NCBI RefSeq assembly: GCF_009914755.1 | Contig: NC_060935.1 | DNA: 64,000 nucleotides | DNA from: the human T2T-CHM13v2.0 reference genome, Homo sapiens | Reading direction: 5' to 3' (one strand) | Shown: positions 31,150 through 47,345 of the stretch, piece by piece | Position numbering within the stretch: position 1 is the stretch's first letter | Layout: every line of letters begins with the position of its first letter | Program-made: the position numbers and the translations under genes | The notes under the pieces: model-generated | The model's database searches: none | Told to the model about the DNA's origin: nothing | The model's input: only the letters and a program-made list of their open reading frames with translations

Positions 31150-34100
31150 GAGCAAAGGACCTGAGTAGACATTTCTCGAAAGAAGCCATACAAACGGCCA
31201 ATGAATATATAAAAACTGCTCAACATTATTAATCATTATGAGAATGAAAAATCAAAACTACAATGAAATATTACCTAATGCGTATTAAAATGGCTTTTAG
31301 AAAGATGAGACATAAAAAGTGTTGGCAAGGATGTGGAGAAAAAAAATCCTTGTGTGCTGTTGGTTGAAAGGTAACTTGGTAAAACTAGTATAGAAAATAA
31401 TATGGAAGTTCTTCAAAACATTAAAAACAGAACTTCCATATGATTCAGTAATCCCATTAGTAAGTGTATATCCAAACAAAATGAAATTATGATCTTGAAA
31501 AAATCCACACTTGCATGTTTATTTTAGCATTATTCATAATAGTTAAGATATGGACACAACCTAAATGTCCCTCAATGGATTAATGAATAAAGAAAATGTG
31601 GAACTACACATGCAAATATGCACACACACAAACACACACACATATATACACAGAGAAATATTTTTCAGCTTAAAAAAAATCTTGGGTGTGGAGGGAGACA
31701 AATGCAAATATGTTAGGCAAGTAGTGCAAAGTTTCTGTTATGTGGGATGAATATGTTCTGGACATCTAATGTACAGCAATGTGAGTACAATTAACAATAC
31801 TTTATTGTATACTTAAAATTTACTAAGGGTAGATTGAAAATAAAAGTAATAATGGAAGACATAAACAAATGGAAAAACACTCCATGCTCATGGATTGAAA
31901 GAATCAATATTGTTAAAATATCCATACTGCTCAAAGCAATATATAGATTCAATGCAATCTCTATTAAATCTCAACATCATGCTTCACAGAATTAGAAAAA
32001 ACAATTCCAAAGTTCTTATGGAACCAAAAAAGGGCCCAAATAACCAAAGCAATCCTAAGCAAAAAGAACAAAGCTGGAGGCATCACATTACCTGACTTCA
32101 AGCTATACTACAAGGCTACAGTAACAAAAATAGCATGGTACTGGTACAAAAATAGACACATGGATCAATGGAGACTCTTGAAATAAAACCACACATCTAC
32201 AACCAAACGATATTTGACAACATGGGCAAAAATAAAGAAATGGGAAAGGACACTCTATTCAATAAACAGTACTGGGAAAACTGGCTAACCATATGCAAAA
32301 GAATGAAACTTGACCTCTTTATACAAAAAAAATTACTCAAGATGGACTAAAGACTTAAATGTAAGACCTCAAATTATAAAAATTCTAGAAGAAAACCTAG
32401 GAAATACTCTTCTGGACATTTGCCTAGGCAAATAATTTATGACTAAGTCCTCAAAAGTAAATGCAACAAAATCAAAAATTGATAAAGAGACCTAATTAAA
32501 CTAAAGCACTTCTGCACAGGAAAAAAAAAAAAAGCAACCTATCAACGTAGGAAACAGATAATCTACAGAGTGGGTGAAAATATTTGCAAACTACGCATCC
32601 AACAAATGACTAATATCCAGAATCTACAAGGAACTTAAACAAATTAACAAGAAAAAAAATAACCCATTTAAAAGCAGGCAAAAGACAAAAACAGGCACTT
32701 GTCAAAGGAAGACATACAAACAGCCAATAAACATATGAAACAATGGTCATTATAACTAATCATCAAAGAATGCAAATCAAAACCAAAATATGATATCATC
32801 TCACACCACTCAGAATGGTTATTATTAAAAAAGTAAAAAAAAAAAAACACAAATTAACAGGGGTTGAGAGGTTGTGGAGAAAACAGAATGCTTATACACT
32901 GTTGGTGGGACTGTAAATTAGTTCGGCCCTTATGGAAAACAGTTTGGAGATTTCTCAAAGAACTAAAAATAGAATTACCATTCAACCCAGCAATCCCATT
33001 ACTGGGTATATACCCCCAGAAAATAAATCTTTCTAATAAGAAGATGTCTGTGCTTGCATGTTCACTGCAGCACTATTTGCAATAGCAAAGACATGGAATC
33101 AACTTTGGCGGCCATCAGTGGTAGACTGGATGAAGAAAATGTGGTACATACACGCCATGGAATACTATGCTTCCACAGGAGAAAGTGAAATCATGCCCTT
33201 TGCAGCAACATGGATGCAATCAGAGGCCATTATCCTAAGTGAATCGACACAGAAACAGAATACCAAATACTGCATGTTCTCACTTATAATTGGAAGCTAA
33301 TCACTGGGTACACATGGACATATAGATGGGAATGATAGACATCCAGGACTCCAAAAGAGGGGAAGGAGAGAGGGAGGGCTGAATAACTACCTGTCACATA
33401 CTATGTTCACTATCTGGGTGACAGTTTCAGTTGAAGCCTAAACCTCAGCATCACACAATATATCCATGTTAGTAACCTGAACATGTACCCCCTAAATCTA
33501 AAATATTAAAAAAAAATTTTTTAAACATAGAAAATCAAAGCTTAAAAAAAGACTATAAAGATGACATCAGTGAAAATGACAGAGTAAGGACCCCCCCAAA
33601 ACTCTATCCTCCATAAAAGCAATGAGCACACTGGCAAAATTGTCAGAGTCAACTTTTTCAGAATTTTAGAAATTAATCAAAGGCTTGAAGCCATCAGGGA
33701 GCATTTTTTTTTTTCAAGAAAAAATGGTTGAATCTTGGTAAGAACAATGAGCCTCATGACATTCCAATTGCCATTTCCCTTCCCAGTTTCTGGCTATAGG
33801 GTAGCCACAAAAATCAATGGCCCACAATAATGGTTAAAACCAGTAGCCTGACAGCCACTGGAGGTAGCAGAAAGGGGCTAGTGTTCCTTCAAAGCACAAT
33901 AGGATAACCAAAAAGCTGGAGGAAAAAGGCAAGGTGTGAAATGTCTACATGGGGCTTAAAAATGCTCTGACATATTCCTGGGAATCTAGAAGGCCACACA
34001 GAAGCAAAGGATTGTGCACAAGCCCAGAGCTCTGCAAGTGCTCAGGAAAGATCTGAGCGAGTGCTAAGTTCTTACCTCTGGCTCGCCCCATGCAAGTAAG

Positions 34101-34500
34101 AAGTGAAGCCAAAATAGAGCAGAGTACCTGGTTGAGCATTGAAGGCATGCCCTAACACACACAGAGCCCTCTTGCAAAGAGGCTTAATGGTTCCAGGCAT
34201 CTAAGGAAATCTCTGTTCAATTGTTAGCGCACTGTTAAGCTAACCAAGCAGAAATGTCAGTGGCCACACATGAAAGAGAATACAGACTTTACAGAATTCA
34301 TTCAGAAAAGTCACCAAACAAATGAATAGCAACACCAACAAGCAGCAACAACAACAAACTTTGAGAAGTGGAGAGAATCTGCTTTCCAGAGCTGCTCCAT
34401 TAAATTATTTTAAATGTCCAGTTTTCAATAACAAAAATATATGTGATATAAAAGAAACAAAGTATGGCTTATACGCAGGGGGAAAAAGTGGTTGGTAGAA
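31150..34500 (+). mobile_element. Cluster of further L1 fragments (L1MA 3' piece 31150-31835; L1PA/PB ORF2 3' part plus tail 31836-33520; old L1M 5' part 33555-34500)
   Basis: ORF2-like peptides, e.g. [49 protein letters not shown]; A-tail near 33508. Confidence 0.85.
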
Positions 34501-34506
34501 ACTGTC

Positions 34507-34857
34507 TGATATGGTTTAGCTGTATCCCCAACCAAATCTCACCTTGAATTGTAATAACCCCCACCTGTTAAAGGTGGGGCCAGGTGGGGATAATTGAATC
34601 ATGAGAGTGGTCCCCCCATACTGTTCTTGTGGTAGTGAATAGTCTCATGAGATCTGATGGTTTTATAAATGGCAATTCCCCTGCACAAGCTCTCTTGCCT
34701 GCCACCAAGTAAGGTATGCCTTTTCCTCCTTTGCCTTCTGCCATGATTGTGAGGCCTCCCCAGCCAAGTGGAACTGAGTCCATTCAACCTCTTTTTCTTT
34801 GTAAATTACCCAGTCTCGAGTATGTCTTTATTAGCAGCGTGAGAACTAACTAATACA
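34507..34857 (+). mobile_element. THE1 solo LTR (MaLR)
   Basis: TGATATGGTTT...CTAATACA termini, perfect TSD CTGTC. Confidence 0.92.
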
Positions 34858-34959
34858 CTGTCCCTGATGAAGCCAAGATATTAGATGGACTTATTAGACA
34901 AAAGCCTTAAATCACCTACTGAAATCATGTTCAGACAAACACAAAACAAATCACAGTGG

Positions 34960-35430
34960 TAGAACTCAGAAGTCTGGAATCACAGTGTCATCAGAAATGT
35001 GCACCCTCCTAAGGCTTTTGAGGAGGATCCTACCTTGCCTCTTCCAAGCACTGGTGACTCCAGGCTTTCCTTGGCTTGGAGCCACATGACTTCAATCTCT
35101 GCCTCCGTCTTCACATGTCCTTGTGTGTCTGAGTCTCAGATCTCCCTCTGTCTTTCTCTTACAAGGACAGCTCTCACTGGACTTGGGGAATTACCATGCA
35201 TTACCTTGGTAGTCCCAATATAATCTCAAGGATTCTTATAAGAGGGAAGCAGGAGGGTTGAGCCAGAGGCAATGTGATGACAGAAACAAAGGACACCTAG
35301 GCAGAAGGAGCTGTGAAGATGCCATGCAGCTGACTTTGAAGATGGAGGAAGGGGCCCGTGAGTCAAAGAATGCAGGCAGCCTCTAGACGCTGCAAAAGGC
35401 AAGGAAACAGATCCTCCTTGCCTAGAAACT
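34960..35430. mobile_element. Two MLT1 LTR fragments in opposite orientation
   Basis: Minus-strand MLT1 motif CTTGCCTCTTCCAAGC..., then plus-strand GCAGCCTCTAGACGCTGCAAAAGGCAAGGAAACAGAT. Confidence 0.7.
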
Positions 35431-36464
35431 ATTGTACCTCCTCTCTGGCCCCATCTCTTTTTTGCCAACCTCCAGCATCCCCTATTTCCAATAATGGTAT
35501 CATTTGCAGTAGCCAAATTCTATTGATTCTTCTTTAAACATCTAACTCACATTTCTCCTTTCCCTTTCCATTGCGATGTTCTTATATAAGTCTTCCTGGA
35601 GTCTTTCTCCTTCCAAATTGTCCTCCACATGGAATTCCTTTTCTAAATAATATTGCTCCACTGTTCGAAAACTCCAAAGACCTACTTATTGATATAAAGT
35701 AACATCGACCTCCCTAAATCCAGTGTTCAATGTCCTCCCCAGTCTGGCCTTTCTATAATAGCTGCATATCCCTTGAATCGCCTTCAGAAGGCTGGCTTGT
35801 CAAAGTACCTATGCGAGCTCAAGTGTAAGGTAATGGGAGTGGCATGCTCTGTGGGAACTGGAGCACACAGGCTCCACCCCCAAGGCCATTTTTTAAACAG
35901 TATATTTTACCCTTTTTTATCATGGTAAAAAAACACATTTGTTAAACATTTTATTTTGAAATAATTTCAGAGTCATACAAATGTCTTACAAGGTAAATCT
36001 TGTAATTTTCACTCAGATTCCCCAAATGTTAATAGACTTAAGAAATAAACCACCCTCGTTTTGTCATTCTCTCCCTTTCTCTCTTTCAGTGTTTGGACAT
36101 CATGCTCCTTGTACTATGGTTATAGAGAAGAGCATGCTCCAACTTTCCCCCTTCCCGCTGCCTGTTGCTGGCTATGATTCATTTTTGCAGGCTTATGCAC
36201 CTGATCCAAATCAAGCCCATTAGTGCCCCAACCCAGAGTTTTTAGCATTGGAACCAAAGAAGAGTGTAGCTTCTTTTTGCGGGAGAAAGACATCGATGTC
36301 AAATGCAGGAGCAGCTGGTGGCTTGTCCCCTGCCAAGTGGAGGAAGCCAGTGTGGGAGAAGAGGCTGTGGACACAGGAAGGAGGGCAGTTACTAGAAGTT
36401 GGAGGGAGTTTAGGACAGATAGTCCCATGCATGTTTACTGTAGCAAGAGTTAGAAATAATTTCA

Positions 36465-36575
<111 letters not shown>

Positions 36576-37789
36576 TCATGAAGAAGAATAAGAATGAAAA
36601 GCACCATGACATAGGCAAAATGGAGCAAGTGCACATTTTAGGCACAAGTATTTTAGGAAGATGAACTCTGGCAGTCTATTCAGAGTCGTATGGGAGAAAG
36701 GCCTGGTGACAGGAGCTCACCAACTAAGAGGCTATTATTGTAGCCAGGCAGTGAGTCAATCTGCAAAATATTTGATGTACTTCCTTCAAAGTGTCTTGAG
36801 TTCATCATTTACTATCTACTACCCTCATCGGAGCCCTCATCTTAGCACTCTTCATGTGGGTTTTAACCTGTTTGTTTGCAGGTCTGCTTCCTTCTGCTGG
36901 ATGATAACCTTCACAGGGACCATTCATCATTGCATGCGGTGAGGCACACAGTAAAGGCAAGTATAGTGTAGTGTTAATGCATATGTTTCAGAGTCAACCA
37001 GAGTTTTGAACCCTATCTGTATCCAGTTTTTAATAACTGTGAGATCTTAGCCAAGAAGTTTTGAGCCATAATCTCTTTATCTTAGCCTTAACCTTTCATC
37101 AGGCTGCTGTGAAGTGTAAATTAGATTACACAATCAAAGCATACGTGCCTGGAGCATATTAAAATTCAATAACTGCTATGTCTTGGTATCACAGCTAGTT
37201 CAGTGTCTGGCACATGGTGGATATTCAACAAATGGTAATTATTATGATTATACTTATTAATAATAATTTTTAAAATTTGAATGATGCCACTAATGGAAAT
37301 AAGGGAGCTGGGGATGGAAGTCTGCCCCATGCAGGTAAATGTGGTCTTGGCATAACACTAAGTAAAAACAGCTGAATCTTTGGGCCACATATAGCACAGT
37401 TAACAACGTTCAGCAAAGTTATTTTAAGCCCTTCAGTAGCAATTTCAGTAGTGTTTAAGTGTCTGCGTGCATCAGGTAATCACTGAGAAATCCCTTCCAA
37501 ACACCGCTAATCCCATCAGCAGTGAGTTTTCTCAAAACATTACTCATCCAGCAAGGCATGAGTAGGTGAATCAACGTAGAAAAATCAATGAAATTCTGAG
37601 AGAGGAAAATGGATACATTAAAAACATAGAATCAATTTTGTTGTCCTTCCTTATCTCCACCTTCAAAACCATATTAAGGGAGAATCAGGACTTAGTAGCA
37701 AGGAGCCAGTGGCTGGGAATACAGACAAGCAAACCATCAGACCTGACAACTGTCACATTCCGTGCGGTGGCCACCTCGTGATTTCCACC

Positions 37790-39410
<1,621 letters not shown>

Positions 39411-40166
39411 CACAATTGTTTAACATCAAGTTTATTGATGCATAATTTACAAACAATAAAATGCACATACAGTTTGGTGGATTCAACAAGTGCATACATC
39501 TCCATAACAACCATCACCACAATCAAGGTATAGAATATTTCCATCACCTCAAAAATTACTTTTGTACCCCTTCCAATCAATCCCCCAAATCATCCTGACC
39601 TTAGACAACCACTGATATCATTTTATTACTAGATTTCAGATATTTTTTGGAATTTCATATTAAGGAAATCACATACTATGTACTCCTTTTCTTGCTTTTT
39701 TACTCAGCATAATATTTTTGAGATTGATTCCTGTTATTGAGTATATCAGCAATTCATTCCTTTTTAGTGAGTAGTATTAATATTGTAGGGGTAGACCACA
39801 ATTTGTTTATTCATTTACCTGTTGATAGATGTTTGGGACGTTTCCAGTTTGGGGCTTCTGTGAATAAAGCTACTTTAAACATTCATGTACCAGTTTTGGG
39901 TGGACATATAAGTTTCACTTCAGTTGGATAAATTCCTAGGATTTGAGTCGCTGGGTTATAAAGTAAGTAAGTGTATGTTTAAATTTATAAAAATACCAAG
40001 CTGCTTCCAAAGTGGTTGTACAATTTTACACTCTCACTAGCAGTGATGAGAATTCTAGTTGCTCCACAATCTCACCAACACTTGGTATTGTCAGCCTTTT
40101 TAGCCATTCTAGTGGGTATGATGCAGTATCTCATTGTGGTTATGAGTTGCATTTCCCTTTGACTAA

Positions 40167-43100
40167 TTTATTAGGTCACTCTTGTGCTACTATAAAGAAA
40201 TACCTGAGACTTGGTAATTTATAAAGAAAAGAGGTTTAATTGGTTCACAATTCCGCAGGCTGTGCAAGCATGGCACCAGCATCGGCTTGGCTTCTGGGGA
40301 GGACTTAGGAAGCTTTTACTCATGGCAGAAGGTGAAACAGGAATGGGCATCTCACATGGCTAGAGCAGAAACAAGAAAGAGAGTGGGGACAGAGGAGGTG
40401 CCACATACTTTTAAACAGTCAGATCTTGTGAGAACTCACTCACTATCAGGAGGACAGCACCAAGCCATGAGGCGTCTGCTCCCGTGACTCAAATGCCTCA
40501 TGCCAGATGCCACCTCCAATATTGGGAATCATATTTCAACATGAGATTTAGAGGGGACAATGTTCAAACTATATTATCCCTCCCTTGACTCTTCAAATCT
40601 CACCTCCTTCTCATATTTCAAAATACAATCATCCCCTCTCAATACCCCCTAAAGTCTTAACTAATTCCAGCATCAGCGCAATCAAAAGTTGCAAGTCCCA
40701 AGTCCAAAGTCTAATCTGGAGATGAATTCCTTCCACCTACGAGCCTGTAAAATCAAAACAAGTTATTTACTTCTAAGATACAACGGAAGTACTGACATCA
40801 GGCAAACATTTGCATCCCAAAAGGGAAAAATTGGCCAAAAGAAAGGGGCAATAGGCCCCATGCAAGTCTGAAACCCAGAAGGGCAGCCATAAAATCTTAA
40901 TCTCCTTTGACTTCTGTGTCCTACATCCAGGGCACACTGGTACAAGGGTGGGCTCCGAAGGTCTTGGACAGCTCTGCCCTGTGGCTTTGCAGGGTTCAGC
41001 CCCCTGAGCTGCTTTCACAGGTTGGAGCTGAGTGCCTGTGGCTTTTCCCAGTGCAGGGTGCAAGCTGCTGTTTGATCTCCCATTCTGCAGTCTTGAGGAT
41101 GGTGGCCCTGTTACCAGAAAGCGGTCCCAATCCAGACCCCAAGGGAGGGTTCTTGAATCTCAAACAAGAAAGAATTCAAGGCAAGTCCATATAGTAACAT
41201 GAAAGCAAATTTATAAAGAAAGTAAAGGAATAACGAATGGCTACTCCAAAGGCAGAGCAGTGGCATGGGCTGCTCCACTAATGATACTTATAGTTATTTA
41301 TTGATGGTATGCTAAACAAGGGCTGGATTATTCATGAGCTTTCCAGGAGGGGTGGGCAATTCCCAGAACTGAAGTTTCCTCCCCTTTTTAGACCATATAG
41401 GATAACTTCCTGATTTTGCCATGGCATTTGTAAACTGTCATGGTGCTGGTGGGAGTGTCTTGTAACATGCTAGTGCATTATAATTAGCATATAATGAGCA
41501 GTGAGGACAACTAGAGTTCACTTTCATTGCCATCTTGGTTTTGGTGGGTTTTGGCTGGCTTCTTTACCACATGCTGTTTTATCAGCAAGGTCTTAGTGAC
41601 CTGTAGCTTGTGCTGACCTCCTATCTCACCCTAAGTCTAAGGTTAGACTTAGAAGGCCTAACCTTCTGGGAATGGAGCCAGAAGTCTCAGCCTCATTTCA
41701 CCAGCCCTTATTCAAGATGGAGTCACTCTGTTTTGAATGCCTCTGACACCCCTTTCCCACAGCTCCATTAGACAGTGCCCCAGTGAGGATTCTGTGGGAG
41801 TTCCAACCCCACATTTCCCCTCTACTCTGCCCCAGTAGAAGTTCTCTGTGAGGTGTCCACCACCCCTGCAGCAGTCTTCTGCCTGGGCACCCAAGCTTTT
41901 CCATATATCCTCTGAAATCTAGGTGGAGGCTGTCAAGTCTACTTTACTATTGCACTCTCCATGCCTACAGGCTTAACAACACGTAGAAGCTGCCAAGGCT
42001 TATGGCTCACACCCTCTGAAGTAGTGACCTGAGCTGTATTTGGGGCTTTTTGAGCTGAGGCTGGAGGAGAGCAGACAAGATACAAGGAGCAGTCTCCTGG
42101 GGTGGTGCAGGGCAGTGGTGCCCTGGTACTGGCCCACAAAACCATTAAGTACTCTTAGGCCTCTGGGCCCATGATGGGAAGGGGCTGCCTTGAAGATCTG
42201 TGAAATGCCTTTAAGGTCTTCTTCCCATTGTCTTGGTATTAGCATCTGGCTCCCTTATAGTTATGCAAATTTCTCTAGCAACTTGTTGCTACTCAACCAC
42301 TTGGATTCTTCTCCTAAAAATGGGCTTTTCTTTTCTACCATATGACCTGGCTGCAAAATTTCCAAACTCGTATGCTCTGCTTCTCCTTTACATAGGACTT
42401 CCAACTTTAACTCATTTCTTTGCTCCTGTGTCTGAGAGAAGGTTTTTAGAAGCAGCCAGGGCACGTTTTGAACACCTTGCTGCTTAGAAATTCTTCTGCT
42501 GGATACTGTAAGTTGTTACTCTTAAGTGCAAACTTCCACAGTTCCCTAGGACATGAAAACAATGCAGCCAAGTTCTTTGCTAGGGCATATCATGAGTAAC
42601 CTTTACTCCAGTTCCCAGTAAGTTTCTTATTTCCATCTGAGACCTCATCAGCCTGGCTTTACTGTCCATATTACTATCAGCATTTTGGTCACACCTTAAC
42701 CAGTCTCTAAAACGTTCCAAACTTTCTCTCATCTTCCTGTCTCCTTCTGAGCCCTACCCATTCTTCCAACCTCTGCCCAATACCCAGTTCCAAAGCTGCT
42801 TCCACATTTTCAGATATCTTTATAGCAATATCCTATTCCTGGCACCAATTTTCTGTTAAGCCATTCTTGTGTTGCTATAAAGAAATATCTGAGACTGAGT
42901 GATTTATAAAGAAAATATATTTAATTGGTTCACAGTTCTGCAGGTTGTACAAGCATGGCACAAGCATCTGCTCGGCTTCTAGGGAGGCCTCAGGGAGCTT
43001 TTACTCGTGGAAGAAGGCGAAGCAGGCATAGGCATCTTACATGGTCAGTGCAGGAGCAAGACTGAGAGTGGGGAGGAGGGTGCCTCTCACTTTTAAATGA

Positions 43101-43268
43101 CCAGATCTCATGAGAACTCTATCTGTGATGACCACTATCATGAAAACAGCACCAAGCCATGAGAGATCTTCTCCCATGACCCAAATGCCTCCCACCAGGC
43201 CCCACCTCCAACACTGGGGATTATATTTCAACATGAGATTTAGAGGAGATAACATCTAAACTATATCA
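40167..43268 (-). mobile_element. Full-length MaLR MST element (LTRs 40167-40576 and 42854-43268 plus internal region)
   Basis: Two homologous direct LTRs, MaLR internal sequence, perfect TSD ACTAA (40162-40166 / 43269-43273). Confidence 0.92.
41109..41748 (-). mobile_element. MER41 solo LTR nested in MST internal region
   Basis: Minus-strand start TGTCAGAGGCATTCAAAACAGAGTGACTCCATCTTGAATA, end ...GGTAACA; flanks GCCC/CCCC. Confidence 0.9.
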
Positions 43269-45907
43269 ACTAATTATGTTGAACATCTTTTCTTGTGCTC
43301 ACTGGCTGCTGGTGTATATTCTTTTGTGAATTGTTTGTTCAAATCTTTTGGTTTTTTTAATGGGTTTTTGTCTTCTTATTATTGAGATGCAAGAGCTTTC
43401 TGTACATTCTAGATAAATCCTTTGTCAGATACATGTGTTGTAAGTTTTTTTAGTCCTGCTTTATGACTTTCCTTTTCATTTTTTAATGATGTTGTTCAAG
43501 AAGGTCTTAATTTTGATTAAGTTCACTTTATGAAATTTTTCCCTTACAGTTCATAGTTGTGTGTCTTATCCAAAAGTTCTTACCTACTCCAAAATTTCAA
43601 TGGTTTTATTCTATGTTTTTTTTCTAGAAGTTTTGTAGTTTACACACTTATATTTTGGTCTATGATTTAATTTGAGTTGATTTTTGTGTATGATGTAAGG
43701 GCTGGAGTTCTTCTCAGTATAAATATCTAGTTATTCCAGCACATCTTGTTGAAAGGACTATCCTTTCCTTATTTAATTATCTTGTCTCCCATGTTAAAAA
43801 TCAACTGATGATAAACGCTTGGGTCTATTTCTGGACTGTATTCTGTTCCATTGGTCTTTAAATTTTGACACCTTTTTTCCCCTTCCTTGCTTTCCACGAT
43901 GCCATACTCTCCTGATTTTCTTCTTCAGCCATTTGTCAGTGTCTTTTTTTCTACATTCTTCTAATAATTGAGGTACCCAAGACTTAATTCTAAGCTTCCT
44001 TTCCTTTTTAAAATCTTACACACTATCCTTTCATCAAAGACCAGCAGGTATTAATTAGAAAAAAAGGAGTAGGAGGAGAAGTGGGGACACAGAAGGGATG
44101 GAGAGGGGAAAGATGTAAAATGACTTAGAATGTCCAGCAAGTGCAGGATCGGTGGGTGAGGGAGAACATGATACATGGAAATTAATGGAGTATAGCTGGA
44201 ATCTGGACTGTGAAGGAGGAAACAGGCAAGAAGTAAAGTAAGGCAAAGTATATGGTTTCATGTAATATATAAGTATGCAGTCATTAAAATGAATTTTATA
44301 AAGAATAGTCATTGCAGAAAATTCAAATTATGTAGCATTTGAAAAACAAGATCTGTATGAATTACATAAAGTTTATATATTAATAGGAGCCTTTAAAAAA
44401 GGCTGAAAGATGTACCAAACTATTAACAGTAGTTATTCTTGAGTATTAAGATTGCAGATAACTTCATTTTTCTTGTTTTAGTTTTCTACATTTTCAATCT
44501 TTTTACAATTAGCCTTATTAAATCTGTAATGACATTTTTAAAAGCATGAAAAAAATGTGTCTTATTTTTAGAAGTGGTGCAAAGTTACTGTGAAGAATAA
44601 CTAAGCTGTATGTTCCTTGTGTTATAAAGTTTGTGGCTTATGATTTTATTTATTTCTAGTTTCAGGTTCATTGTTTAGTAGCTCTTAGACATAGCAGATA
44701 AAGAAATAAAAATTGACGTCATCTGAAATAATCAGTTGGTTAAAAAAAGCAAGTTTCTGAGTAGAAAGAACATTTCCCTGGGAACATACAAATCACAGCA
44801 CCCATATCTGATTCACACTAATATAGACCGCTGGGAATACTTCTTACAAAATCATGCTTTTAAAATACTTGTTTATACTTCCCAGGCTTCTGATATTATG
44901 GTGGAAATGAATGAGATAATATTTTGAAATTATCTGATCATTTAGTACAAGTATTCTACCTACATAAATACAAATTACTGTTATTTTTATTATTTTTTTC
45001 CGCACTCTAGAGTCCCAGGCCAGCTTTTGCAATTTTATATATAAATTTGCCCACAAACTGGTGAGCCAAATGGATAAAGCAAAGGCAGTCAGCCAGGCAA
45101 ATTTGCATGTGGATTCTCTGAAGGACTCAGGGAGAATGTCGCCTTGCAGTTTCAGGGGCAAATTTATTTGTGTAGTACAGATGGTTGCCTCAAGAACCAT
45201 TTATAACACAAATTGCTATTACAGTGTGCCATTCTCATTAACTTAGAACTAGATTAGTTTTGCCTGAGTTACAAATGGATAAAAAGTCTATTTATTTCAC
45301 GCTTTTAATAATATATCTGTATATATCTTAAGCTGTATTTTAAAATATATCTACTTAAACTCAGGAAGTAAATAGGGATTTGCGAATGATTGTAACTCAA
45401 GCATCTACCTTCCTCTCTTGAGGGGGCACTTTCCTCTGGCATGTTGAGGGGTTGGTGCTGTGTTGGCTCCTGAGTCAGTTCTTGCTACAGTTGCCGTTTG
45501 AGCCTCTCTTCTGGTTTCTGCTTAATTCATATCTGCTCATTACTTAGAACTCTCAGACGAAACTCCCTTGATATAATGCTGTAATAGTCAAGAGAGTCTC
45601 AATGGAGATGTGCTCAGGTGGATTCAGTCTGGTGGAGACCATGGGAATCTCCTTAGAGAAAGCTTCTCTTGTGCCAAGTCTTGGAGGGCACAAGGGAATT
45701 GGCTAGGTAAATGAAAATGCCCTCTAGGGAGGGATAGCATGGTGTACTTACTAGTTCAGGCAAAAGGGTGAATCTGGAGCTGAGAGACAATAAATTGATA
45801 CCTGGAGCAGTGCACTTGTACTTTCCATGCAAGCTGTTTGGGTAGCTGGAATTAAGAGGTCAAGTAAGGACATACAGGAGACGAATCTCTAGAAGTAACT
45901 AGATTAC

Positions 45908-46335
45908 CATGTTAGGCTGTTTTTGCATCACTCTAAATAAATACCTGAGGCTGGGTAATTTATAAAGAAAGGGGGTTTAATTGGCTTATGGTTCTGCTGG
46001 CCATACAAGAAGCAAAGTACCAGGGTCTGCTCCTGGTGAGGGCATCAGGAAGCTTCCAGTCACAGTGAAAGGTGAAGCAGGAGCAGCCGCATCACATGGC
46101 AAGAGCTGAGAGCAAGAGAGAGAGAGCACGGAGAGATGCCACACACTTTCAAACAACCAGATCACATGTGTGGGAACTCGGAGCAAGCACTCACTCATTA
46201 CCAAGAGGATGATGCTAAGCCATTCATAAAGGATCTGTCCCCGTGATCCAATACCTCCCCTTAAACCCCAACTCCAACATTGGAGGTCATATTTCAACGT
46301 GAGATTTGGAGGGAACAAAAGTCAAAACTGTATCA
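45908..46335 (-). mobile_element. MST-type MaLR solo LTR
   Basis: Similar to the MST LTRs in this window (ATACCTGAGGCTGGGTAATTTATAAAGAAA...GAGATTTGGAGGG). Confidence 0.85.
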
Positions 46336-47149
46336 ATCATGAAGGATATTGATATTATAGGATAGGCAATGTTTGCAGAATTGAGTATGGTCTGCAATTA
46401 CTTCCCTTTACTTCATATTTTTACTATTCTTTGCTGCCTGATTTGAACGTGTTTTCATCCTCCCACCCATCCCTTCTCTTGCCTGGTTTTTCTGCCACTG
46501 GTGATCTAGCAGTTTAGTTCTTTTTTTTTTTTCCAGCAAAAGAGCATCGATTTCTCAATAGCAATTTAGTTCTGTCTCATCTAGTTAACATATGCATTCT
46601 TAAATGCTTTCTATACTTGTCTCACATTCTCCTACCTTCAGCTCCTGACAACTGCCTGATTTGCTCTGTATTTCCAAAGCTAAATTAGTAAGAGAGGGAA
46701 TTAGATAGTTTAGATAATTCCTTTCTTCTCTATCTAACAGAACTTTTCATGACAGCCCTATCATGAGCTACTAGCCTGACCTTGGATTGGCTGCCCTTGG
46801 GTCAGACTCCAGGCCTGGTGGTATCTGGCAGGAAGGGCAATTTCGATAAGGTCACAGAAATCACATGGACAGAATGTGCCTGCCAAAGGCTGTTCCTTCA
46901 GTCGGAACTGTAAGCAGGGCTTTTGCCCTTTGACCAGGCCAAGGGAAGCAGGCCTTGTCATGCAGGGGTTCAAGGTCCAGCTCCACCACTTACTAGCCTT
47001 GAGTAAGCTATTTAGTCTTGTTAGAGCACCAGATCTCAAAACTTTAAATTGAGAATGAAAAATACGTAACTTGCAGAATGAGTGTGAGAATTAGAGATCG
47101 TATATAAAATACCTGCTTCACGGCAATTACATGATAAATAGTAACAAAC

Positions 47150-47345
47150 AAGGTGGGAGGGTCACTTGAGCCCAGGCGTTTGAGATCAACCTGGGCAACA
47201 TAGTGAGACCCCATTTCTAACAAAATGTTTAAAAAATTAGCCTGGCGTGCTGGTCCATGCCTGTAGTCCCAGCTACTTGGGAAGCCGAGGAGTTTGATGC
47301 AGCAGTAAGCCATGATTATGTCACTGCACTCCAAAAAACAAAAGA
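47150..47345 (+). mobile_element. AluJ fragment
   Basis: Partial, internally deleted Alu. Confidence 0.75.

Larger units (their letters stand above)
39420..43860 (-). mobile_element. Old L1M 3' region, antisense, split by the MST element
   Basis: L1 sequence is continuous across the insertion (...TTTGACTAA | TTATGTTGAACATCTTTTC...). Confidence 0.8.

Noticed and set aside
31895-33300. L1 ORF2-like peptides as an active L1
   Set aside because: Fragmented by stops and frameshifts and 5'-truncated
35760-36450. Possible lncRNA exons (AAG|gtaatg donor near 35829, pyrimidine tract-CAG acceptor near 36089)
   Set aside because: Splice-like words alone are insufficient without transcript data; ORFs there have no recognisable homology
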